DNA of 64,000 nt, from positions 18,998 through 82,997 of the forward strand of contig JAQVJV010000002.1 of NCBI GenBank assembly GCA_028695025.1, read 5' to 3'. A program made the translations under genes and the position numbers. Of the stretch, positions 26,826-35,366 are shown in pieces. Source of the DNA: Candidatus Moraniibacteriota bacterium. GTDB taxonomy: Bacteria; Patescibacteriota; Minisyncoccia; Moranbacterales; UBA11712. The stretch's first letter is position 1, and each line of letters starts with the position of its first letter. The notes under the pieces are model-generated. The model saw only the letters and a list, made by a program, of their open reading frames with translations. It was not told where the DNA came from and made no database searches.

Positions 26826-27901
26826 TACAAATTCTTAATCTTGCCTTCGCCTTCGAGTTTTTTGACGACGTCGGAAACGAGTTGGGATTTGTTTTTGTCG
26901 GCGATGAGGATCGCGTCGGGCGTGTCGACTATTATCAAATCTTTTACGCCGATAGTGGTGATCAGTTTTTCCGATCCATAGACCAAGAGATTCTCGCTAT
27001 CGAAATCAAGGTGTTCGCCTTTTACGTTTACCAAATGTTCCTTGTTATTTCCGACCAAAGTTTCCTTGAGGGCGGTCCAGCTTCCGACATCGCTCCATTC
27101 CAACTCCAAGGGAATAACAGCGACGTTTTTTTCGTTTTCCAGAATGGCATAGTCGATGCTGTTTTTGTCCATTTCGGGAAATTCTTTTGCGAGCACTTTG
27201 GCAAAATTATTATTTTTCACGCTGTCGCGGATTTTCACAAGCCGTGCATAATCATCCGGGACATAGCTTTTGAATTTTTCGATGATCGTTTTGGTTTTCC
27301 AAAGGAACATTCCGCTGTTCCAGAAGTAGTTTTCTGATTCGAGGTATTTCTTGGCTGTTTCAAAATCCGGTTTTTCCACGAATTTTTCGGCGTGGAAAAT
27401 TTCCAAACCGTTTTTTTCGAGAGAGCCGTCCTTTTGGATATAGCCGTATCCCGTTTCCGGCGCGCTGGGCGTGATGCCGAATGTCAAAAGATATTCTTCA
27501 TGATTTTTCAAAAATTCCACGCCTTTTCGGATAGCTTCAAGAAGAACTTCCGGATTTTGGATAAAATGGTCGGCGGGGAAAACTCCCATGATTTCTTCTT
27601 CGTCATTTGCGGCAATCACGGCGGCGGCGAGAGCCACAGAGGGTGCGGTGTTTCGCCCTACCGGTTCAGCCAAGATATTCTCTTTTGGAAATTCAAGGAT
27701 TTCTTTTTCCACTTCGCTCACATATTCCTGGTTGGTGGCGACGTATATATCTTCCGGTTCGGCGATTTTCCGCAGGCGCAGGTAGGTTTCCTGAAGCATG
27801 GTTTTGTCGGAGGTGAGGCACTGGAATTGTTTCGGTTTGTTTTTCCGGCTCACGGGCCAAAGGCGGGTTCCTTTTCCGCCGGCCATGATGACGAGTTTCA
27901 T
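26825..27901 (-). CDS. manC: Mannose-1-phosphate guanylyltransferase
   Basis: MKLVIMAGGKGTRLWPVSRKNKPKQF and the nucleotidyl-transferase fold. The ORF track extends to 27937 across a tandem GTGATCAGTGA repeat. Confidence 0.85.
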   Translation of the reverse strand: MKLVIMAGGKGTRLWPVSRKNKPKQFQCLTSDKTMLQETYLRLRKIAEPEDIYVATNQEYVSEVEKEILEFPKENILAEPVGRNTAPSVALAAAVIAANDEEEIMGVFPADHFIQNPEVLLEAIRKGVEFLKNHEEYLLTFGITPSAPETGYGYIQKDGSLEKNGLEIFHAEKFVEKPDFETAKKYLESENYFWNSGMFLWKTKTIIEKFKSYVPDDYARLVKIRDSVKNNNFAKVLAKEFPEMDKNSIDYAILENEKNVAVIPLELEWSDVGSWTALKETLVGNNKEHLVNVKGEHLDFDSENLLVYGSEKLITTIGVKDLIIVDTPDAILIADKNKSQLVSDVVKKLEGEGKIKNL

Positions 27902-28020
27902 GTTTTCGGTGATCAGTGAACAGTGATCAGTGATCAATATCCAATGAAATTAATTGATAAGATATGATATACTCTGATACAATATTAGCGGAGGGCAGTT
28001 AATTTGTAAAACCAAAGAAT

Positions 28021-29367
28021 ATGGGTGAAATTAATCCGAAAATTTTCAAGGCCTATGATATCCGGGGGGTTTATCCGGAGGAAATAAACGAGGAAGCGGC
28101 GTATAGCATCGGCCGGGCTGCGGTCCAATATCTCGATGCCAAAAGGGTCGCGGTGGGCCGCGACATCAGGGAATCGAGCTCGGCGCTTTTTGAAAATCTG
28201 GCGAAAGGCATTACCGACCAGGGGGCGGATGTGTATGACTTGGGGCTTGCTTCCACGCCGATGGTTTATTTCGCTTCGGGGAAATTGGGGGTTGACGGCG
28301 CGATTGCTCTCACGGCTTCCCATAATCCGGCGGAATATAACGGAATGAAAATTTGCCGGGCGGAAGCGGTTCCGGTCGGAGAAAATAGCGGCTTGTTTGA
28401 TGTCCGGGATCTTGCGATTGCCGGAAAATTTCCAGAAGCTTCTCGAAAAGGGGAAATCATAAACAAAGAAGAAATCAAAAAAGAATACGTCGAATATTTT
28501 TCCGGGTTTGCCAAGCTGGGCGGGCGGAAGTTCAAGATTGTGATTGATTTTGCGAACGCGATGGGAATTTTGGAAAAAGAAATATACGGAAAATTTCCCG
28601 AAAATCTTGAAATAACGCCGCTCTATGAAAATTTTGACGGAAAATTTCCCAATCATGAGGCCAATCCCTTGAAGACGGAAACGCTTGCCGAACTTCAGGC
28701 GAAAGTGGTTGGAACGAATGCCGATTTGGGAATTGCTTATGACGGGGATGCCGATCGGGTCGGCTTTGTCGATGAGACGGGGCAAATCGTGCCGATGGAT
28801 CTCGTCACCGGGCTCATTGCCAAAATTGTCCTTGAAAAAAAACCGGGCGCGAAAATTTTCTACGACCTTCGTTCTTCAAAATCGGTGAAGGAATATATTG
28901 AAGAAAACGGAGGAGTGGCGCTTGAGTGTCCGGTGGGGCACGCGAATATCAAGAAAATCATGCGTAACAAAGGCGGCGTTTTTGCCGGCGAGCTTTCGGG
29001 GCACTATTATTTCCAAGAAAATTTCATGGCGGAGGCCTCGACGCTTGCGGCGCTTATGCTTTTGGGCGTGATGGCGGAAACGGGCGGGAAAATGTCGGAT
29101 CTTGTGAGAGGCATCAAGCGTTATTTCCACTCGGGGGAAATTAATTCCGAAGTGGCAGATAAAGATGCGGTTATTGCGGCGCTCAAGGAAAAATATTCGG
29201 ACGGAAAAATTTCAGAACTTGACGGCGTGAAAATCGAATATCCCGATTGGTGGTTTAATGTCCGGCCGTCGAACACCGAGCCGGTCTTGCGCCTCAATTT
29301 GGAAGCGGACACGGAGAAGTTGATGGAAGAGAAAAGGGATGAAGTGCTGGGATTGATCCGGGGGTGA
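28021..29367 (+). CDS. Phosphomannomutase/phosphoglucomutase
   Basis: Active-site TASHNPAEYNGMKI, metal-binding DGDADR. 448 aa. Confidence 0.9.
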   Translation: MGEINPKIFKAYDIRGVYPEEINEEAAYSIGRAAVQYLDAKRVAVGRDIRESSSALFENLAKGITDQGADVYDLGLASTPMVYFASGKLGVDGAIALTASHNPAEYNGMKICRAEAVPVGENSGLFDVRDLAIAGKFPEASRKGEIINKEEIKKEYVEYFSGFAKLGGRKFKIVIDFANAMGILEKEIYGKFPENLEITPLYENFDGKFPNHEANPLKTETLAELQAKVVGTNADLGIAYDGDADRVGFVDETGQIVPMDLVTGLIAKIVLEKKPGAKIFYDLRSSKSVKEYIEENGGVALECPVGHANIKKIMRNKGGVFAGELSGHYYFQENFMAEASTLAALMLLGVMAETGGKMSDLVRGIKRYFHSGEINSEVADKDAVIAALKEKYSDGKISELDGVKIEYPDWWFNVRPSNTEPVLRLNLEADTEKLMEEKRDEVLGLIRG

Positions 29368-29370
29368 TAG

Positions 29371-29460
29371 GCCCCTCTCCTTTTCCTAAAGGGAGAGTTG
29401 GAGAGGGTTTATTTATAACAAAAATCCCCCTTTAATCCCCCTTTATTAAAGGGGGAAAAT
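29371..29460. repeat. Two adjacent palindromic repeat copies (CCCCTCTCC...GGAGAGGG and CCCCCTTTATTAAAGGGGG)
   Basis: Both subfamilies of the hairpin repeat lie directly after the pmm stop. Confidence 0.7.
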
Positions 29461-29474
29461 CTCGAATTTTTAAA

Positions 29475-29514
29475 AGCCCCGTCGCTGTTTTCCAGCCGGG
29501 GCTTTTGTTTTTTT
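29475..29514. terminator. Rho-independent terminator (bidirectional candidate)
   Basis: AGCCCCG-TCGCTGTTTTCCAGC-CGGGGCT followed by TTTGTTTTTTT. Confidence 0.65.
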
Positions 29515-29527
29515 GCTTAGTGCGTTA

Positions 29528-29830
29528 TTAAATTGTTCTGTCTCTGCAGTCATAACATTTGCCACAGTTAGAGCATTTTTTGTCACAATTACCGCCGTAA
29601 AGCAGAAAATATTGCTTACTTTTGCATTTAGGGCATTCTCCATGCGAGTTCCAAAGAGGTTCATTGATATCTTCCGCGCTTTTTTGCAGGAATTTTTGAT
29701 GTTGATCAATGAACTGTTGGAATTTTCCATCCGAATTTATTGGGGTTTTCGGCTTCATCACTTCAATCTCTGCATGTTGGCCAAAAAGATTGATTTCTTC
29801 AAGGGGAATTCTTTTTTCGGTCATGATCAT
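29528..29830 (-). CDS. Hypothetical Cys-rich protein (C-terminal CxxC...CxxxCxxCxxCxxC cluster)
   Basis: CPKCKSKQYFLLYGGNCDKKCSNCGKCYDC. Last gene of the trpS-pgsA-like minus-strand string. Confidence 0.4.
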   Translation of the reverse strand: MIMTEKRIPLEEINLFGQHAEIEVMKPKTPINSDGKFQQFIDQHQKFLQKSAEDINEPLWNSHGECPKCKSKQYFLLYGGNCDKKCSNCGKCYDCRDRTI

Positions 29831-29883
29831 TCTCCTTCTGCAGTATATTTTTTCAATTGTTAATCGACTTTTTTTGTCGATCT

Positions 29884-30522
29884 TTAGTATCCTCCGAAAA
29901 ATCGAATATTTAAACCCTTTAGGTTATTCCAGCCAATTCCGGTATATTCCCAAACATAGGAGAATAAACTGAAAATTGCCAAAACGGTCGTAATCAGCAA
30001 AAGAACCTGAATAATAAACAAAATGACCCAAGAATAGAGAAACTCTTTGAGATATGGTGTGAAGATAAATGAGGAAATAAAAATCATCAAAGCGCATTCA
30101 AATCCAAATTTCCATTTTCCCACCCTTCTGGATTCTACGCTTAGGTTGAGCAAGTAACCGATAACGGAAAGAAACATCAGGGAGAGCTCTATCCTGATAA
30201 TAATTTTCAGTGGCGTTGTAATGATAAAATCTTCCACGGCCGGATTCTGAAGACTGTCCCAAGCGATATACATCAAAGCCAGAAACAAATATTTGTCAGC
30301 AAAGCGGTCCAATGCGCCGCCGAATTTTGTTGCTCCGTTTATACGGGCAACTTTACCATCGATAAAATCAGTGGTGATGGCGCAAAGAAGGCAGATAAAT
30401 GCAACTGCCGGATAATCTTTGCAGGTTAACAAGATAACAGTCGTTAAGATTATGCGACTGAATGTAATTTGGTTTGCCCTATTTTTAATCCGATCCAGCC
30501 AAACAGTTATTAAGGTGCCCAC
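29884..30522 (-). CDS. CDP-alcohol phosphatidyltransferase family protein (PgsA-like)
   Basis: DFIDGKVARINGATKFGGALDRFADK matches D-G-x2-A-R-x8-G-x3-D-x3-D. Multi-TM. Confidence 0.7.
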   Translation of the reverse strand: MGTLITVWLDRIKNRANQITFSRIILTTVILLTCKDYPAVAFICLLCAITTDFIDGKVARINGATKFGGALDRFADKYLFLALMYIAWDSLQNPAVEDFIITTPLKIIIRIELSLMFLSVIGYLLNLSVESRRVGKWKFGFECALMIFISSFIFTPYLKEFLYSWVILFIIQVLLLITTVLAIFSLFSYVWEYTGIGWNNLKGLNIRFFGGY

Positions 30523-30550
30523 GGCCTACCCCCCTATAATTTTTGAGAAT

Positions 30551-31531
30551 TTACTGCAAAAACCCAACCTTCTCCCGCACGTCCTCCATTTTTTTTGCGG
30601 CGAGGGATTTGCCTTTTCCCCGTCCGGTTTCGAGGATATCAAGAACATCCTTGTCGTTGATATCATTGTATTTTGCCTGGAAATTGCCCAAGAAGTCAAC
30701 TATGACCTCCGCTAGGTCGTTTTTGAACTCGGCATAGCCTTTCCCTTTGTAAGATTGCTCGATATCCTCCGGTTTGGCGTTGTCGAGGAGGGCGTAAATA
30801 TTGATGAGGTTCCGGATGGCCGGCTTGTCGTCGGCATAGCGGATGCTTTTTCCGCTGTCAGTGACGGCGCGCCTCACTTTTTCACGGATTTTTTCGGGGG
30901 AATCGGTGAGGGCGATGTAATTCAATTCCGAGGAAGCGGATTTTGACATTTTTTTTGCTGGATCGTCGAGGCCCATGATACGCATGCCTTCCTTCACGAT
31001 AAAAGCTTCGGGAACAGTGAAAGTTTCCCTGAACTGGTGATTGAACCGGCGAGCCAGCGTGCGGGCGAGTTCCACATGTTGGAGCTGGTCTTCTCCGACT
31101 GGTACGACATTGGTATCATACAGCAAGATATCCGCGGCCATGAGGACGGGATAATCAAAAAGCCCGGCATTGATATTTTCCCGATGCTCTTGGGATTTGT
31201 CTTTGAACTGGGTCATTTTGTCGAGTTCGGGCATTTTGGTGAGTGTGTTCAAAATCCAGCCGAGTTCGGCGTGTTCGGAAACCTGCGACTGAACGAAAAT
31301 TGTGGCACTCTGCGTATCAATTCCCGAAGCGATATAGGTTTTGGCCAGTTCAAGCGTATTGCGGCGAAGCTCTTCCGGATTTTGCGGGACGGTGATGGCG
31401 TGAAGGTCGACGATGCAAAAAATGGAATCGTATTCTTTTTGGAGCGCCACCCAATTTTTGACCGCGCCCAGATAATTTCCAAGATGGAGGTTGCCGGACG
31501 GCTGGATGCCGGAAAAAATGCGTTTTTTCAT
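30551..31531 (-). CDS. trpS: Tryptophan--tRNA ligase
   Basis: FSGIQPSGNLHLGNYLGA (HIGH-type) and KMSKS. 326 aa. Confidence 0.95.
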   Translation of the reverse strand: MKKRIFSGIQPSGNLHLGNYLGAVKNWVALQKEYDSIFCIVDLHAITVPQNPEELRRNTLELAKTYIASGIDTQSATIFVQSQVSEHAELGWILNTLTKMPELDKMTQFKDKSQEHRENINAGLFDYPVLMAADILLYDTNVVPVGEDQLQHVELARTLARRFNHQFRETFTVPEAFIVKEGMRIMGLDDPAKKMSKSASSELNYIALTDSPEKIREKVRRAVTDSGKSIRYADDKPAIRNLINIYALLDNAKPEDIEQSYKGKGYAEFKNDLAEVIVDFLGNFQAKYNDINDKDVLDILETGRGKGKSLAAKKMEDVREKVGFLQ

Positions 31532-31680
31532 ATATATTTGATAAGAGTTTATTCTCGGATTATAATGTATTTAAATAGTAATTTGTAATCGGCGATTAGT
31601 AAAGGGGATTGGCCCTTATTCCGGTTGCAAAGACTTTGACTTTTTTCGGACTTGTGCTAATCTCTTCTGTATTCTAAAAT

Positions 31681-32031
31681 ATGCTACGCCTCATCATCCA
31701 CATTCTTTCCAACGCAGTCGGGATCTGGGCCTCGGCGCGGCTGGTGCCGGGGATATATTTTGACGGCGATTGGACTTGGCTGATCCTTGCAGGTGCGGTT
31801 CTGGGAGCAATCAATTTTTTCGTGAAGCCGGTGGTGAAGATAATCTCCCTTCCGCTCATCTGGATCACGCTTGGCCTTTTCACGATTGTCATCAATGTAT
31901 TGATGCTTATCCTGGTGTCCCATATTGTTTCGGCGCTCGTGATTGAAACTTGGACGGCTGCTTTCTGGGCGGTGGTTGTGATCAGCATTGTCAACTTTTT
32001 TGTATCATCAGTAATAAACGAAAATGATTGA
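31681..32031 (+). CDS. DUF360/holin-4-like small membrane protein
   Basis: Four predicted TM helices, 116 aa. Confidence 0.45.
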   Translation: MLRLIIHILSNAVGIWASARLVPGIYFDGDWTWLILAGAVLGAINFFVKPVVKIISLPLIWITLGLFTIVINVLMLILVSHIVSALVIETWTAAFWAVVVISIVNFFVSSVINEND

Positions 32032-32257
32032 AAAAATTCTCATTTGGGCCCAAATAGCCGTATCCGTCCTTCTTGCGGTTTCCATTTTGTTGCAAAATCG
32101 CGGAGCCGGCCTTTCCGCTTCATTCGGCGGCGACTTTGGGGGATATTACACCAAACGGGGGATGGAAAAATTCCTCTATTGGGCATCGGTATTTCTTTCG
32201 GCGGTCTTTTTAGGACTGGCGGTGGCGAATATCTATTTCAGCTCGAAGGGAGCATAG
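32024..32257 (+). CDS. secG: Preprotein translocase subunit SecG
   Basis: LLAVSILLQNRGAGLSASFGG...KFLYWASVFLSAVFLGLA, a two-TM SecG pattern. Confidence 0.6.
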   Translation: MIEKILIWAQIAVSVLLAVSILLQNRGAGLSASFGGDFGGYYTKRGMEKFLYWASVFLSAVFLGLAVANIYFSSKGA

Positions 32258-32267
32258 TTCATAGATA

Positions 32268-33950
32268 ATGAACAGAAACTTTTGGCAAAAATTTTCTCGG
32301 GTTTTTTCCGCCAAAGAGCGGATGACCGTTTTTTCGTTGGTCCTTTTGGTGGCGATTTCCCTTATTGCTACGGTTTTGGGAATTTATTATTCCCTCACAA
32401 AACCCATTCCGGTTCCGGGCGGGGAATATTCCGAAGGGATCATCGGCCAGCCGATGTATATCAATCCGGTTTTGGCGGCCGGAAATGAAGCGGATGCCGA
32501 TCTCACCCGGCTTATCTATTCCGGACTTTTCAAATATGACAGTGATGGGAAAATCGTGCCTGACCTTGCGGAAAACTACGAGGTTTCCGGGGATGGATTG
32601 GAGTATACGGTGCATCTCAAAAGAGACATCAAATGGCACGACGGCGAACCTTTCGGTTCCGACGACGTTATTTTTACGATTCAAGCTATTGAAGATCCGG
32701 CTTTCAAAAGTCCTTTGCGCCAGAATTGGCAAGGGGTGGGAGTTGAGCAGATTGATGAAAATACGCTGAAGTTCATCTTGCCGGCGGCCTATGCCTTTTT
32801 TCCAAATAACCTCACGGTTGGGATTATTCCGAAACATGTTTGGGAAACGGTGGCTCCGGCCAATTTCTCCCTTGCGGAATATAACTTGCGTCCGGTAGGA
32901 ACCGGTCCCTATGAATCCGTCGATTTTTCCAAGGATTCGGGCGGCATGATTCTCTCCTACAAGCTGGCGGCCAATCCGGAATATTTTTCTGCGAGTCCCT
33001 ATATCAAAACCATTACTTTCCAATTCTATCCCGACGAAGATTCAATGATTGAGGCGTATAACAACAAACAGATTTTCGGGACGAGCTCTCTTTCTCCGGA
33101 CAAATTGAAAGACGTGAAAAGCCAGCGAAGCGCGAATATAATTTCAGCGACTCTTCCGCGCTATTTCGCCGTTTTTTTCAATCAGCAAAAAAATAAAGCG
33201 ATCGCCGACCGGGATGTGAGAAAAGCGCTCTCGCAAGCGGTTGACCGGGCGGATATCGTGGGGAAAGTTTTTGAAGGGCAGGGCCGGGAAATTTTTTCGC
33301 CGCTTCCGCCGGGAGCTTTGGGCGCGACTGATGACGTGAAAAAGTTTGATTTCAATATTGAAGACGCCAAAAAAACGCTCGACGAAGCCGGCTGGAAAGC
33401 GGGGGATGACGGTTTTCGGGTGAAAAGCGGGGAGCCGCTTGAATTTACGCTTGTCACCACCGACTGGCCGCAACTGGTGGACACGGCCAATATTCTCAAA
33501 AGCGAGTGGGAAGCGATCGGCGCCAAAGTGGATATTGATTTTGAAAGTATTGGTGACATCCAGCAAAATTTCATCCGTCCCCGCGAATACGACGCGCTTC
33601 TTTTCGGGCAGAGCTGGCCGATGGCCGAGCCGGATCCCTATTCTTTTTGGCATTCCTCGCAAACCAAGGATCCGGGATTGAATCTCTCACTTTACTCCAA
33701 TCCGGATGTCGACAAAATTCTGGAAAAATTGCGCGCGGAAAACGACGAAGAAAAACGGGAGGAACTGTATGGCGATTTTCAAAGGGAGCTCACGGACGAT
33801 ATTCCGGCCATTTTCCTTTACAGTCCAAACTATTTGAGCGTGATGAATAAAAAAGTACAGGGAGTAGATGTTACCTCGCTGGTTTCATCGGATCAAAAGT
33901 TTGCCAATGTCACTGAGTGGTACATGAAGACGAAGAGGGTAAGAAAGTAA
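32268..33950 (+). CDS. ABC-transporter family-5 (Opp/Dpp-like) substrate-binding protein, orphan, N-terminal membrane anchor
   Basis: LTRLIYSGLFKYDSDGKIVPDLAENYEVSGDGLEYTVHLKRDIKWHDGEPF. No permease or ATPase adjacent. Confidence 0.75.
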   Translation: MNRNFWQKFSRVFSAKERMTVFSLVLLVAISLIATVLGIYYSLTKPIPVPGGEYSEGIIGQPMYINPVLAAGNEADADLTRLIYSGLFKYDSDGKIVPDLAENYEVSGDGLEYTVHLKRDIKWHDGEPFGSDDVIFTIQAIEDPAFKSPLRQNWQGVGVEQIDENTLKFILPAAYAFFPNNLTVGIIPKHVWETVAPANFSLAEYNLRPVGTGPYESVDFSKDSGGMILSYKLAANPEYFSASPYIKTITFQFYPDEDSMIEAYNNKQIFGTSSLSPDKLKDVKSQRSANIISATLPRYFAVFFNQQKNKAIADRDVRKALSQAVDRADIVGKVFEGQGREIFSPLPPGALGATDDVKKFDFNIEDAKKTLDEAGWKAGDDGFRVKSGEPLEFTLVTTDWPQLVDTANILKSEWEAIGAKVDIDFESIGDIQQNFIRPREYDALLFGQSWPMAEPDPYSFWHSSQTKDPGLNLSLYSNPDVDKILEKLRAENDEEKREELYGDFQRELTDDIPAIFLYSPNYLSVMNKKVQGVDVTSLVSSDQKFANVTEWYMKTKRVRK

Positions 33951-33978
33951 TATGAGTATATAAATTAGCATTACAAAT

Positions 33979-35007
33979 ATGAATACAAATATCGACAAAG
34001 AAAATCTCTACGATGTAATTAAGAACATTCCCAACCAGCTGGTGGCGGGGCTGGATTTGGCAAGAGATGTGAAAATCGATGGCGATTTCAAATCGATTGT
34101 CGTTTCCGGGATGGGCGGATCGGCTCTTCCAGCCAATCTTCTCCGGATCTATCTCCATGACCTTTTTGCCCGGGATCCCGAAGCCAACCACCGTTTTGGA
34201 ATTTTCCAAAACCGTTTTTATGCCCTTCCTCCGGAGGCCTATGGCCATTGTCTTAATATCATTTCTTCTTATTCCGGAAATACCGAAGAGACGGTTTCTT
34301 CTTTTTCGGAAGCGCTTGGAAACAATCTTCCCTCTGTGGCTATCGCTTCTGGCGGAAAGGTGGTTGAAATGTGTGAAGCGCATGATGTTCCGTACGTGAA
34401 AATGCCGCCCCCGGAGGTTGTTCTTCAGCCGCGGATGGCCAATGGCTATAATTTTGCCATTCTTTTCCAGATTTTGGTGAATTCAGGGATGGTGAAGGAT
34501 CAAAGGGCTGAATTTGAATCAGCGGCGGCCAAACTCAAAGAAACAGCGGATAAGTTTGAGGAACTTGGGAAAAAATTAGCTGGGGAGTTGGCGGGCAAAA
34601 CACCGGTCATATACGGGTCAACCCGGTTCAAATCGCTCGCGATGATTTGGAAGATTATGTTCAACGAAAATGCCAAAACCCCGGCTTTTTGGAATTTCTT
34701 CCCGGAACTCAACCACAATGAAATGGTTGGCTTCACCAAGCTTCAGGGAGGTTTCCATATAGCAGTTCTGAAAGACGGGAATGATCATCCGCGTAATTTG
34801 AAACGTATCGAAGCCACGCTCTCAATCCTCGAGGGCTATGGTGTCAGCTCATCAGTTGTTGAAATACCTGAAGGAAATATTCTTTTTCGAATTTTTGCCA
34901 CTTTGCAAATCGGCTGTTGGGCATCATACTATCTCGCGCTAAAATATGGGATCGATCCGACTCCGGTCGATATGGTGGAGAAATTGAAGGTTGAATTGAC
35001 AAAATAG
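33979..35007 (+). CDS. Bifunctional phosphoglucose/phosphomannose isomerase (SIS-domain, archaeal-type PGI/PMI)
   Basis: SYSGNTEET SIS motif. 342 aa. Confidence 0.6.
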   Translation: MNTNIDKENLYDVIKNIPNQLVAGLDLARDVKIDGDFKSIVVSGMGGSALPANLLRIYLHDLFARDPEANHRFGIFQNRFYALPPEAYGHCLNIISSYSGNTEETVSSFSEALGNNLPSVAIASGGKVVEMCEAHDVPYVKMPPPEVVLQPRMANGYNFAILFQILVNSGMVKDQRAEFESAAAKLKETADKFEELGKKLAGELAGKTPVIYGSTRFKSLAMIWKIMFNENAKTPAFWNFFPELNHNEMVGFTKLQGGFHIAVLKDGNDHPRNLKRIEATLSILEGYGVSSSVVEIPEGNILFRIFATLQIGCWASYYLALKYGIDPTPVDMVEKLKVELTK

Positions 35008-35191
35008 CCGATTGGGTGTATAATTTGAAAATTGGAGTGTCTTCTTCATCAAATATAGATAAAAAATACTTTATATAAGCCTTTTTATTGAATAAACGAT
35101 TTTGACGGGACATTGATTCTCGTTATTTGGGGATGCAGACCCCGCAATATTTCGCTTCGCTCAATAGGCGGGGCAGGCACGTAGCTGTAAA

Positions 35192-35275
35192 GCCTTGGTG
35201 GCGGAACTGGCAGACGCGCTAGCTTCAGGAGCTAGTGAGAGCAATCTCGTGGGAGTTCAAATCTCCCCCAAGGCA
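35192..35275 (+). tRNA. tRNA-Leu (anticodon CAG)
   Basis: GCCTTGG acceptor stem. CTAGC-TTCAGGA-GCTAG anticodon arm. Long variable arm. GGGAG-TTCAAAT-CTCCC T arm. 84 nt, no CCA encoded. Confidence 0.9.
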
Positions 35276-35366
35276 CGAAGTTATATCTTTTCTAATAATT
35301 AACAAACGGGATTTTGTTTTTGAGGTTCAGCCTTGAAAATACAAAATTCCCAAGATAAACTTTTCT

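Noticed and set aside
27905-27942. Tandem 14-nt repeat GTGATCAGTGAACA / GTGATCAGTGATCA at the 5' end of manC
   Set aside because: Only two units, lying in the 5' UTR or extended-ORF region. It could be an operator but equally a chance low-complexity palindrome (TGATCA). Too little to call.
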